Shown here piece by piece: positions 24,601-38,201 of a stretch of 64,000 nucleotides of DNA. The stretch spans positions 42,594,001 through 42,658,000 of the forward strand of contig NC_043012.1 in the NCBI RefSeq assembly GCF_006345805.1, in the 5' to 3' direction. How positions within the stretch are numbered: position 1 is the first letter of the stretch; every line of letters starts with the position of its first letter. Origin of the DNA: Octopus sinensis. Taxonomy: Eukaryota. The notes below the pieces were generated by a model, which saw only the letters and a program-made list of their open reading frames with translations, was not told where the DNA came from and did no database searches. A program made the translations under genes and the position numbers.

Positions 24601-26440
24601 TTATGTACTTATATATTACATTTAACTTATCTTTAGTATTATTAAACCTTATTTTGTCTTGTGGCTTATTTATTTTATTGTAGATATTATTTAATTGTAT
24701 TAGACTATTTTATACTGTTTTATTATAAGTTATATTAATATTTTAAACATAATGACGAATAATATTTGTTGATGGTGAGTTTGAGATGAGTTTTGGGCTT
24801 CATGTGTTGAAGACTATGGGAAGGGTTGAATGGTAGGAGGATAGTCAGCTGTGAATTAATTTGTCATTAGTTAGCAGTTTCTTGTAGATTGGATATTGGT
24901 AGTGATGGTAATAATTAATAATGATATTAATAATGTTAATAATTATGTTGATAATTATAATATTAATGATAATAATATTTATAATCGCGTACGGCTTGTT
25001 GTAAGGTCCAGGTAGTGTTCATGAACAAGTAATACTTAATATACTATTTTTACTATTTTCATTAATTTTATAAAGTTTAGATAATTCCGTATTTCATTAA
25101 TAAATTCTTTTTAGCCTTTTTCATTTATAGTTTTATTCTATTTTTCCATGCAACGTCTCCACGAGTTTTATTTCTTATAGACGCTAAGATCTATTATTTA
25201 GGTTTATAATCTAGCGATATCTTCTTAACTAACTTAGTTTGGATTTTGTATTATTTTGGGATTAATGTTTAGCTGTGGTTAATTTTTTTATTGATATATT
25301 AATAGGTGTCTATTAGTTTTAGTTGGGTGTCTTCATATTAGTTTCTCCATAAGTTGTGGGGTTTTTTTTTTCTCACATTTCTTTAGTTCATGAAGATTTT
25401 ATGTTTTTTCATTTTTTTGTATTTTTCATTGATAAAAAATTTTGCCATTTTCATTGAGTATTTATTCTATTTCTTTGCACTAAGTCTCCACGCAATAAAT
25501 TTTATAAACGCTTCAACTATTTACTTTTAAAATCAGTTACTCTTTCACTTCGCAAAGCTAAGTTTGACATTTTATTGTCTCTCTATTTCGTTGTGCTTTT
25601 GAAATATTATTATTATTATTGTTGTTGTTGTAATATTATTATTTATTTATAGTTTCTTGATAGTACTTTTTACGTTCAATATTGGATATGTTATCCATTA
25701 ATTATTATAAAGGATTTTAACATTTTACATATTATTTAATTTGAGAATTAATATTGTTAGACTATATTTCTTTTAATAATTAGATAATATTTTCATTAAA
25801 CAGTATTATTTTTAAATAAACTAGTTTTTATTTTAATATAAAGTTTATGTTTAACTTTTTTATCGTGTGATATATTAAATCTATAGATATTATACATGGA
25901 CATTAATATAACTAGTTTATATAGTGGATTTGAGTATATTTGTACTATTTCAAATTTTTTATTGTATTATCCATGAAGAGGAATTGTATTGAGTATATTA
26001 ATTAGACGCTAAAACATATTAATAAATTTAAAATACAGATAGATTAACTTAATCATTGAACTTAGTAATACAGTTTGTTTATCAATATTGTCTAGATCTT
26101 GTCATTATTTTGAGTTTGATTGCTGCTATTATTATTGACTGGTTTTGTATAGGACTGGTGATTGTGATTGTACATCTTCTTAGTGTATTGTTCTTTGGTT
26201 CTAATAGTTGTGCACCTTTCTTTAATTTTGGGGTGGATAGGTTTTCTTACATTCCATTAACATATTATTGTCGCTATTATATCTTTTTATACATATTGAT
26301 AGATATAAGTTATGATAGATATTAATTCTTATATCTCTTTTTTTTTTAATATATATATATATATATATAAAGTGATCTAACAATTTACATTTAATTTAAT
26401 TTTAAAATTAATTTCATCTGACAATATATTATTTATTATT

Positions 26441-26520
26441 AGGGGAGAAGAGGGGGAGGGAGAAGAGGGGGGATAAGGGGAGGGGAATAAGAGGGGGAGG
26501 AGAAGGGGGAAGAGGAGAGG
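26441..26520. repeat. GA-rich polypurine tract
   Basis: GGGGAGAAGAGGGGG-type repeats. Confidence 0.85.
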
Positions 26521-27114
26521 ATATTTACATATATATATATATATATTTACATATATATATATATTTACATATATATATATATAATATTTATTATATATAT
26601 ATATATATATATTTACATATATATATATATATTTACATATATATATATATATAGATTACATATTATATATATATATTTACATATATATAATATATTTACA
26701 TATATATATATATATATTTACATCTATATATGATATATCTTACATATATATATATATATATTTACATTATATATATATATATTTACATATATATATATAT
26801 ATTTACATATAATATATATATTTACATATATATATATATATATTTACATATATATATTATATATTTACATATATATATATATATTTACATATATATATAT
26901 ATCTTTACATATATATATATATATATATTTACATATATTTATTATATATATTTACATATATATATATATATTTACATATCTATATATATATATGTATATA
27001 TATAGATGTATATATATATGTATATATATATATGAAAATACTAAATATACAAAAGTGAAAACTAAAACAATACTTAAATTATTAAATACTTTAAAATTAA
27101 ATAAAAAACATAAA

Positions 27115-27375
27115 GCTAGTACAAGTCATTAAATTGGGCTGAAAAGAATAACATGCAGTTCAATGCTGAAAAGTTTCAAGCTTTATACTATCAGCATGCA
27201 AAACTAAATGCAATACCCAATGAATACACTGGACCCGGGGGAATAGCAATCCCACAGGCACAATCAGTGCGTGACCTGGGTATTTACATGAGTGATGACG
27301 CAACCTTTCGTGTACATGTTGCTAAATTGCAATGAAATGTAGACGCTGGCCGGATGGATCTCAGAACCTTTAGAA
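27115..27375 (+). mobile_element. CR1/L2-type LINE RT C-terminal fragment
   Basis: KWAEKNNMQFNAEKF...SVRDLGIYMSDDATFRVHV...LRTF matches the RT thumb region of CR1-group LINEs. Confidence 0.7.
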
Positions 27376-27410
27376 TAAGTATATATATACATATATATAT
27401 ATATATATAC

Positions 27411-27441
<31 letters not shown>

Positions 27442-27721
27442 CATATATATATTATATAAATACATATATATTAGATATATACATATATATATTATATATA
27501 CATATATATTATATAATATATATAATACATATATATTACATATACATATATATATACATATATTACATATAGTATTAATACATAATATAGATATATACAT
27601 ATATATATAATATATATATATATATTATATAATATATATACATATAACATATATACCATATATATATAACATATATACTATATACATATATATATACCTA
27701 TATAATAATATACATATATAT

Positions 27722-27771
<50 letters not shown>

Positions 27772-27936
27772 CATATATACATATATATATATATACATAC
27801 ATATATAATATATACAACATATATATTATACATACATATATATATATATATACATATCTATATATATATACATATATATATATACATATATATTATATAT
27901 ATATATACATATATATATATATACTATATATATATG

Positions 27937-27982
<46 letters not shown>

Positions 27983-28188
27983 TACATAATATATATAGAT
28001 ATATTATATATATATTATATATAGTCATATATATATAATATATATATATACTATTATATATATATAACATAGTATATACATAATATATATAATATTATAT
28101 ATACATTATATACTATATATATATATATACATTTATAATATTATATATATATACATATATATATATATATAATATAAATATATATAGA

Positions 28189-28226
<38 letters not shown>

Positions 28227-28360
28227 CATATATAATATATAATATACATTATATATAATATACATATATTTCTATATATATCTATATATATACATATAGA
28301 TATATATAATATATATATATTACTTATATATAATATATATATATATACATACATAATACA

Positions 28361-28425
<65 letters not shown>

Positions 28426-28440
28426 AATATATATATATCT

Positions 28441-28479
<39 letters not shown>

Positions 28480-28481
28480 TA

Positions 28482-28856
28482 CTAGCAGTATCGCCCGGCG
28501 TGCTCAGGTTTGTAAGGGAAATAATATAAAGCATTTAGAGAGTTATAGCCAAAAAATAGCAAAAAAATGGAAAAAAATGATGGTAAATTTTTTTTTAGTT
28601 AAAAAAGGTGGAGTTGCGTCCCCTAGACAGTTTGCGGTTTGTGTTCTGATCTCGACCCCATGTCGAATTTATCGATTTTTTTCAGAACTGGGGAACTTTT
28701 CAAAATTTTCGCTGCGTTAGTTTTGAATTATGACATTGGGCTATGTGTGTGTCAAGTTTCATCAGAATCGGTTGAAGCCGTGGTCAGGGTGAGGTACAAG
28801 CAAAAGACACACGGAGAAAACACGCACAGACAAACTGCTGTTTATATAGAGAGAGA
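28482..28856 (-). mobile_element. Non-autonomous Helitron, complete
   Basis: Same ACTAGCAGTATCGCCCGGCG terminus as 5396. TC 5' end on the minus strand, inserted in (TA)n, and the interior differs from 5396-5753. Confidence 0.82.
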
Positions 28857-28881
28857 TATATATATATATACATATATATAT

Positions 28882-28966
<85 letters not shown>

Positions 28967-28967
28967 C

Positions 28968-29000
<33 letters not shown>

Positions 29001-29133
29001 TTATATACATATATATATATAAGATATGTATATTATATACATATATATATATTATTATATATATATATTATACATATATATATATATATATATATAGATA
29101 TAATATTACATATATATATATATATAATAGATA

Positions 29134-29185
<52 letters not shown>

Positions 29186-29282
29186 ATATATTATGTACAT
29201 ATATACATAATATATATACATATATACATATTATATATATATAGAATATATATACATATATATATATATATAATATATACAT

Positions 29283-29316
<34 letters not shown>

Positions 29317-29463
29317 CATAATATATATATACATATATACAATATATATATATATATACATATTATATATATACATATATATATATACATATATATACAT
29401 ATATATATTAATATATATATATATAGATACATATATAGATATTACATATATATAGATATATAC

Positions 29464-29496
<33 letters not shown>

Positions 29497-29932
29497 CAAT
29501 ATATATATATAATATACATATATATAATATACATATATAGATATATATATATACATATATATATCATATATATATATAACATATATATATATACATATAT
29601 ATATATACATATATATATACATATATATATATACATATATATATACATATATATATACATATATATAATATATATATATTATATATATATTTAAAATTAT
29701 ATACATATATATATATATATACATATATATATATTATACATATATATATATAATATATATATATACATAAGATATATATATACATATATATATAATATAC
29801 ATATATAATATATATATAATATATCATATACATATATATATATATAACATATACATATATATATATACATATACATATATATACATATACATATATATAC
29901 ATAACATATATATACATATACATATACATACA

Positions 29933-29972
<40 letters not shown>

Positions 29973-29987
29973 CATATATATATATAC

Positions 29988-30018
<31 letters not shown>

Positions 30019-30199
30019 CATATATATATATACATATATACATATACATATATATACATATACATATATATACATATACATATATATACATATAAAATAT
30101 ACATATATACATATATATACATATACATATATATACATATATATATATATACATATATACATATATATATAATATAAATATATAATATATATATATTAC

Positions 30200-30233
<34 letters not shown>

Positions 30234-30253
30234 TATATATACATATATATATT

Positions 30254-30286
<33 letters not shown>

Positions 30287-30404
30287 TACATATATATATA
30301 CATATACATATATATATATATACATATATATATACATATATATATTATAACATATATATATATATACATATACATATATATATATATTATATATATATAT
30401 ATAT

Positions 30405-30566
30405 TCATCATCATCGTTTAATGTCCGCTTTCCATGCTAGCATGGGTTGGACGGTTCAACTGGGGTCTGGCAAGCCCGAAGGCTGCACCAGGCAGTCAGA
30501 TCTGGCAGTGTTTCTACAGCTGGATGCCCTTCCTAACGCCAACCACTCCGAGAGTGTAGGGTGTGA
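30405..30566 (-). mobile_element. RTE-tail fragment
   Basis: Reverse complement of the GGAGTGGTTGGCGTTAGGAAGGGCATCCAG...TTAAACGATGATGA tail. Confidence 0.85.
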
Positions 30567-30630
30567 TTTATATAATAATATATATATAAAGTTATTATTA
30601 ATAATTATTTTATTGTTCTATTTTAGTTTT

Positions 30631-30717
30631 AACCTGATGAGTGACTATATTAATATCGAAGTGATTTCTCTACTACTATAATCATTTCTTAAATATAGCC
30701 ATGAAACACGTGTCATT
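30631..30717 (+). ncRNA. Type I hammerhead-like motif with palindromic stem III and GUC site (PLE terminal remnant)
   Basis: AAC-CTGATGA-GTGACTATATT-(40 nt)-AATATAGCCAT-GAAA-CACGTG-TC-ATT. Stem III ACACGTGT is a perfect palindrome. Same family as 21015. Confidence 0.65.
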
Positions 30718-30910
30718 ATTCTACAAATTATATACGTTTTTATTATTATTTTTTTGCAACTTACTTCATCATTGACATTTTATTATTTTAATTTTAATAT
30801 CTCTATTATATGTAATTTTCTAGATGGTGTAATTTAATTGTTCATTTTGAATTGATAAAAGGTGGGTTTTTTTCTAATTTGATATATATATATATATGTA
30901 CACACACACA

Positions 30911-30956
<46 letters not shown>

Positions 30957-31034
30957 ACAAAGATAAATTGATAGATACAACTGAGTGGGCAAACAAAAAT
31001 ATGAGACACTGCATAGTGGGTTTTTTTAAATTTT

Positions 31035-31345
31035 GATAAGCCTGGTACTTATTCTATCCGTTTCTTCTTGTGAAACCAGTAAATTATGGGGATGTAAATA
31101 AACGAACACCAGTTGTGAAGCAGTGATGAGGGAGAAACACAAAGAAACACACATAGACTTACATATATATATACATATATACAATTGATTTCTTTCAGTT
31201 TCTGTCTACAAAATCCACTGACAAGGCTTTGGTTGGTCTCAGGCTATAGTAGAAGACACATGCCAAGTTACCACAAAGTGGGACTGAACTGAGGACCATG
31301 TGTTTTGGAACCAAGTTTGTTACCACACAGCCACACCTGCACCTA
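31035..31345 (-). mobile_element. tRNA-derived SINE
   Basis: Reverse complement of the 7714 family (A/B boxes at 31275-31335). Confidence 0.82.
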
Positions 31346-31403
31346 TGTATGTGTGTGTATGGGTGTATATATGTATGCATGTCTATGTGTATATATATGT
31401 GTA

Positions 31404-31462
<59 letters not shown>

Positions 31463-31581
31463 TACATGTACATCTATATAATATATAATATATATATATA
31501 TATATACATCTACACATACATGTATACATATACATCTATACATATACATGTATACATATACAGCTACACATATACATCTAT

Positions 31582-31637
<56 letters not shown>

Positions 31638-31736
31638 TATATATACATGTATACATATACATCCATATATATATACATCTATATGTATACATCTATAATA
31701 TTTATATACTTTATTTAAAAGCAGCAGAAATTTACC

Positions 31737-31784
31737 CAAAGCTGTTACTCGGAGTTTCACGTTCCCGTTCGTCAGACAGTTTTG
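31737..31784 (-). ncRNA. Intact minimal type I hammerhead ribozyme
   Basis: CAAA-A-CTGT-CTGACGA-ACG-GGAA-CGT-GAAA-CTCCGAG-TA-ACAG-C-TTTG. All core nucleotides are present, stem II is 3 bp with a GNRA loop, stem III is ACTC/GAGT, and the triplet is GUA. Predicted cut between 31746 and 31745. Confidence 0.78.
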
Positions 31785-32345
31785 TTAAAATAGAACCGAG
31801 ATAACAATTTGATCAAAACTAGCTAAACGATACACCTTTAAAAATGGATTTGTTTCACTGGTCCTTTCAAATAACGGTCATAGGCGAGCGATAAACAAAA
31901 TAAAGAAAACAAAATAAATGAGTTCAATATAAATTATTTAAAAAAAATCGAGGAAAAACCTTAAATCGTTGATTCAAATACATATTGTCATTAATTATGT
32001 AGAAAATATAATTCGATTAATACAATTAATACATAAAAATTGAAATTAAAATACATTAAAATATTTCACTAGAGTATATACTCATACTAAACCATTAATA
32101 TACATGTATACATCAAAATACACAGATAGATGTGCACAGACCACATACATATACAGGCATAAATGCAAAACGAAAATATACACACAAATACATGTACACA
32201 TATGTAAACGCAATCTTGCTCGCATGCAAAAGTCACTTGGTGTATACATATAGACTAGAAGTAAAACGCAGAGAGGGGGAAGAAAAGAAAATGTAACGAT
32301 CTTATAAGCAACAGAAAGCTAAAGACGTGAGTAAGAGAAGGAATT

Positions 32346-32503
32346 GACTAAGAACTTTTTATGCTCTAAATATCACATTAATATGTTGATAAGTAAAAAA
32401 GTTACAGTTGTTTAATGAAACTAGTCTAAATTCATGATTATTTTAGAATTTAATTAAAACTCATGAGGGGTGTATTTTGGTCAGAAATATAGCAACAAAA
32501 GGG
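32346..32503 (+). mobile_element. piggyBac right-end fragment
   Basis: Matches ~13960-14119 and ends AAAAGGG|TTAA. Confidence 0.8.
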
Positions 32504-32522
32504 TTAAGTAGCTGAAGGATCA

Positions 32523-32956
32523 AAATTAATCAGAGGACATATTAAGTATGTCTACCTGCTGGAAATAACAGTCAAAACTCTTATTTAAATCGCCAAAATA
32601 CACTGATAGTAACTACAGAAATCAACCATCCGAAGGCAAATGAGCTAAGACAATCTCCTAGCATACATTCAAGTATTTGGACTCATGTGGACTGGTTTCT
32701 ACACTGGCAAAATAGCCTCAGCTTCCTCACCCATCATGGTAACACGTGCTGAAAAAGCTGAGGCTATCATGCCAGTGCAGAAACCGATCCACGTGAGTCC
32801 AAATACTTGAATGCATGCTGGAAGATTGTTTTAGTCCGTTTATCTTCTGATGGTTGATTTCTGTAGTTACTATCAGTATATTTTGGCAATTTAAGTAAGA
32901 GTTTTGACTGTTATTTCCAGTAGGTAGTTTTACTTAGTATGTCCTTTGATTAATTT
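32523..32956. mobile_element. Foldback element/MITE (202-bp inverted arms, 30-nt spacer)
   Basis: 32523-32724 is the approximate reverse complement of 32755-32956. Confidence 0.85.
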
Positions 32957-32965
32957 ATATATAAA

Positions 32966-33000
32966 CTAGCAATACATCCTGGAGTTGTCTGGGTGTTATG
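32966..33000 (-). mobile_element. Degenerate Helitron 3' terminus
   Basis: CTAGCAATACATCCTGGAGTTGTCTGGGT resembles CTAGCAGTATCGCCCGGCGTTGCTCGGGT. Confidence 0.5.
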
Positions 33001-34137
33001 ACCTACAAGCACATTGTATTATTTGCTCCTTATCTGCAAAATCGGTACAGCTGATATACAGTTAATGGCATAATGGAAATTATTGTTTGTTTAAAAGTGA
33101 TGAAAGTGCTTTCTGTTCTGCATATAAAATGGGGTTAATACGATTTTGTCCAGAAAATCATGTTTTCAAAATTATTATTTCCCCCCATCCTCACTACAAT
33201 TTCTTAATTTGTAACTCTCTGAATCTTTTTTTTTTTTGTTATCTATGTAGAAAAATACAGAGATTACAAATCTGAGAAAAACATATTTCTTATAGTTTAA
33301 TTTTTCTTAAAGAAGGCGGTGCTCCAGCATGGCAGTAGTCAAATGGCTGAAACAAGTAAAAAGAAAAAAAAGAAAAGAAAAACACTCAATGCTCCTTCCC
33401 CCTTCTCGCCCACCCATTACCTACTCGATTTCACTTTTGTCTGATGTTTCCTGCATGCATAGAATTTTACTGAAATAGCAAACTTAAAAAATACCAGACC
33501 ACCACCAGGAAACTCGACATGCTAGAAACAACAGGTAAATAACATTATTTCTGAAGAAACTTCCCCACTTTCCAAAAACCTAAAAGTGAAACATTGGAAG
33601 TGTGTAGCTTTTTGAAAGTGATTAGGTGATGGGTAAAATTCTTAAAGATTCGTACTCTCTGTTTTTTCTCCATGGATTACGAAGAAAAATATTTGAAAAA
33701 GTAAAAAATGAATTTGGTGTGGAGAAGGAGAAAATTAAAATATTGAGAATGTGTTTTGTGGGTGAAATTCTACAGTCCTGTATTGCAAACAGAGGAATCA
33801 GAAGAAATTTAGGAAAAAACTAAGGCAAGGGAGTGGAAATGTCACCCTGGACATGCCAGAAAGAAGAGGTAAAGGACAGGATTTCTGGAAAAACTTTCTT
33901 TTCAGTTTATATCAAAGATCATATTTGTAAATATGTTCATTACAAACACAAATTACACGACCAAAAAAGATAATTTCAATTGGATTTGAGCTTTAAATTT
34001 GCGTGTGCGCACTGCAAGAAGTAACATAATTCGCACAGAAGTTTTACCTAGAGTGTATGTATGTGTGTGTCGAAGGAAGTTATTTTACAGCATTCTTTTG
34101 GTTGAAGAAGCAAAGTTGTCAACTCAACATATATGGG

Positions 34138-34640
34138 ATCATCATCATCATCATCATCATCGTTTAACGTCCGTTCTCCATGCTAGCATGGGTTGGACGG
34201 TTCGACCGGGGATCTGGGAAGCCAGAAGGCTGCACCAGGCTCCAGCCTTATCTGGCAATGTTTCTACAGCTGGATGCCCTTCCTAACGCCAACCACTCCA
34301 TGAGTGTAGTGGGTGCTTTTTACGTGCCACCTGCACAGGTGCCAAGCAAGGCTGGCAACGGCCACGGTCGGATTGGTGTATTTTATGTGCCACCGGCACG
34401 GAAGCCAGTCGAGGCGGCGCTGGCATCGGTCACAAGTCGGATAGTCCTTTTTACGTACCACCAGACCAGGGATCCTGGCTGGTTCAATTCGATTTCGATT
34501 TCGCTTTCGCTTGCCCCAACATGTCTTCGCAAGCAAAGGGGGTTGGCATGGGTGCCTGTCGTACAGTCGGATTGGTGTATTTTACGTGCCACTGGCACGG
34601 AAGCCAGTGGAGGCGGCGCTGGCATCGGCCACGAGTCGGA
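34138..34640 (-). mobile_element. RTE-tail non-autonomous element
   Basis: (CAT)n plus the reverse-complement RTE tail and GGTGGCACGTAAAA subrepeats. Confidence 0.82.
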
Positions 34641-36889
34641 TGTAAATTTCTTTTAATTTCTTTATGCTTTGAAGAGAGCAAAAATTGAAAGAGAGGATAA
34701 AGTGAAAAAGTGACATTTACTTTGAAGTGAGTGGAGAAAGTAAAAGAGAGAAAAAAGTGAAAGATGCACATGTATATGAAATGGACATGTATGTGAGAGA
34801 GAGTGAGTGAGTGAAGGTATGTGTTGTGCTGTATGAATTTTTTGTATGTATGTGTCACTCACATTATCTTTCATATACATGTACAAAAATAGGTGGAGGT
34901 AAAGAATATGTACACCACCTGTTTTTGGCATAACCCTAACCTACACACCAGGTGTGCATATTCTTTACCTTCGCCCATAAATACATATGCATACATCTTT
35001 TGTGTGTGTGTGAGAGAGAGAGAGAGACTCTATTTCCTCATAACAAATAGAGAGATGGATGTCTTTTAATGCAATTTTTTGGCTGTTGCTTATTTTCATA
35101 AATGTTTGGCAGAATTCTATGCATGTGTGAAACATCAGACGAAAGTGAAACATTTGAAGCACATTGAAATATTGTTTGAAAATGAGCTCAAAATTGTGTG
35201 ACCCGCGTACTTGCCGAGCTTATTTTAGTTGTAAAAAAAGAGTTGTTGAGTGAAAAACATAGTTTATTTGGTAGATAGATAAAAAGCAGCGGCTATGTTT
35301 TGTTATAACTCACAAAGGTGTCAATGAACTGTCATCCGAATCAGCTGCCTTCTTCGTTAATTCCATAATTTTTTTTATTTATTTACTTTTGTTTTAAAGT
35401 AAAAGACAGGAGAAACTGAAAAATGTTTGAACGTGTATATGAAATGGACATGTGTGTGTGGGAGAGAGAGAGAGTGCCACTTACACAAACATGAGAACAC
35501 ACACGTTCACTCACTCACTCTCTCTCTCTCTCTCGCACACATGCACATGTATATACAAAAAGGATGTATGCATATGTATTGATGCATATACGTATACATG
35601 ATAACACACCCTTTCAGTCACTCTCTTTCTCCCTTCCTCTCTCTCTCTCTCTCTCTCTTTCTCACACACATATCCATTTCATATACACGTACATACATCT
35701 TTCATTTTCTCCTCTCTTTCACTTTAAAACAAAAGTAAATAAATAAAAAATTTTTACGGAAATTAACAAACGCAGATTACAGCTCTGCAAGTCAAAACGA
35801 AAGATCGCCTAAACCAGTTTCTTTATTAGGCCTGACTAATTTGGAGAAGCATTACTTTCATTATTCACACATCATCAGTCTCGTAATCGAACACTGTAAT
35901 TTTGGTTGAAATGTAAAGTGTGAAACTATTTTCACTTTCTAATGAAACCTCGTTATTGTAGCTTTCAATATCAGCATGTTTCACTGTTGAATGGATGGGG
36001 TGGGGAAGTCATATATATATATATATACTAAGACACACATACATACATTAATGAATACCTCAAGCCTATCTCTGACCCTGTGTGCGTCTATCTGTGTCTT
36101 TAGATGTGTGTGTGTGTGTGTCAGTTATCACAAAAATGTATGTATACTGACAAACACAAACACCGACACACACATATACTTGTCAGTCATTGGCCTAACG
36201 TATGTTACGAATGCGTGAACACACTCATATAGAAAATGTGACGTCATCGTTGTTGTGGTGGTGATATAAAATGTTGTTTACAATAGATGACTAAAAGAAA
36301 AATGATAATCTTAAATTTTTGTAATGCAAATAAGTGAATGAAAACATAGTTTAGTTGGGAGCCAAAAGCTTATGAATCTTTTGATACACCATATGTCAAA
36401 AATGGCAACTCGGTTTTGAAATACATAAGGAACATACGCACACACACACACATACAAACTCTCTTTTATATACATATATATATATATATATTACTTCAAA
36501 TGTACAGTAAACAAAAGACAAAGACAGGTGAGGGAACAAGAAGCAGGTGCAATAGTTTGACGCTTGGCGAAAAATGGAAAAGCCTTTGATGTTTCATGAC
36601 TACGCTCTTTGTCAGAAAAAGGAGGTAAAAATGAGATGGGATTAATGTTTTAACATGATGAAATGACCAGAAGAAAGAGGCTAAATGGAGAGGAGATAAT
36701 AACAGTGACCCAGCTGAACTGGTGTGTGCAAGTGCATGTAAGAATGGTGTCTGTGAGTGTGTATATGTGAGCAAGCTTAAGACTATGTGAGCCTGTGTGT
36801 CTATATGTATAAGTAAACCAGTGTGCGTATTGTGATGTGTGTTTTGTGTATTTATACATGCGGACATATATATATGTGTGACAGGAAGG

Positions 36890-38045
36890 AGTTAAGGTGT
36901 TCACAGGAAAGCAAGATTATGCTGATATAGTTGTTGATATAATGACCATATAGCTCAGGAGTAGAACTGGTGAACTGTGAGAATATTTGAGCTTCAACAA
37001 AGCTGATGAACATTGGGGCCCATTTGCATTCCCATGGCCACTCCAGATACCTAATGATAAAAATCCTCCAAGAATGAGAAAGTAGTTGAGGGCAGCCAAA
37101 CAACATCTCAAAACTCCAGAACCCTGACATTGCAACCACCTTTGAAGCCAAAATAAGTCAAACGACAAGTCTATTGATGATGACTGGGGAACCATTAGCT
37201 ACATTGTCACAGAAATAGCAAACACTATCATCAGCTTCACCAAGACCAAAAATCAAGACTAGATTAATGAAATTGATATTGAAATCAACAACCTGATTGA
37301 GGCAAAAAAAGAAAGCTTGACTGGCTCATGAAAAAGACTGAAGATCTAGACTCAATAAAAAGGCATTTCCCAAAGCTAAAACAAGAGTGTCAAACAAAAC
37401 TAAGAGAACTGCAGAACATTTGGTGGTAAGAAAAAGCAGTCAACCTTCAGGGTTGTGCATGTAACCTCAGAAATTTCTAAGTTGGAATGAAACAGCTATT
37501 TGGACCAGTATAAACATCAACTGGATCCCTTCTAGCAGCTAACAATACAAACATCCTGACTGACCACAAGACATACACTAGAAGGAACATTTTTAACCCT
37601 CCTAAGTAGAAACTCGAACACAACCAAGAACTTCCTGAGAAATGTTCCAAATCACCCTCCTCAGCTATAGATGAACACGAGGCCTGCTGTTTATGAATTC
37701 AAGCAAGCTATGAAGCAAAAAAGATCAAGGAAGTCTCCAGGCCCAGATAACATCCCTTTCAAGCTGATCCAACATGGAGGCTTACCCTTGCAAACCTATA
37801 TCTTTATTCTCTTCCTGAAGATGTGGGAATTCCTACATGCACCTAAAGAACTGAAGGATGCAGTCCTCATAATGATCTTCATAAAAGGTGATGAAAAATC
37901 TTCAGGAACTATAGAGGAATATCAACATTGAAAAGGTCTTTTCCAGGGTTCTTCTAACTTGGCTACAGACCATCACCAAAAAGATTCTACCGGAATATCA
38001 CTATGGATTCTGTGCCTCTATTGGTACAACTGACATGATTTTCTA
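36890..38045 (+). mobile_element. Decayed RTE/BovB-like LINE (APE-RT linker to RT start)
   Basis: KNQD*INEIDIEI, RKSPGPDNIPFKLIQHGG, KELKDAVLIMIFIKGD, NYRGI and ILPE-like motifs with many stops. Confidence 0.75.
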
Positions 38046-38151
38046 TACAGTTCTATCATTAAGAGATGAGGAATTATGTACATTATTTACATTATTTACA
38101 ATTGACGGATGTTTGTCCTCATCTTGTTTGTTGTTAACACAACATTTCGGT

Positions 38152-38201
<50 letters not shown>

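Larger units (their letters stand above)
26521..30400. repeat. Very long (TA)n/(TACA) low-complexity block, interrupted by TE fragments
   Basis: TA tracts at ~26521-27035, 27380-28480 and 28857-30400. Confidence 0.95.

Noticed and set aside
26730-31804. Many long I/Y/M/C-rich ORFs in the ORF track
   Set aside because: They are translations of (TA)n/(TACA)n microsatellites.
35845-35890. CTGATGA...GAAA on the minus strand
   Set aside because: Stem II cannot pair and the stem I register is off by one, so it is consistent with chance.
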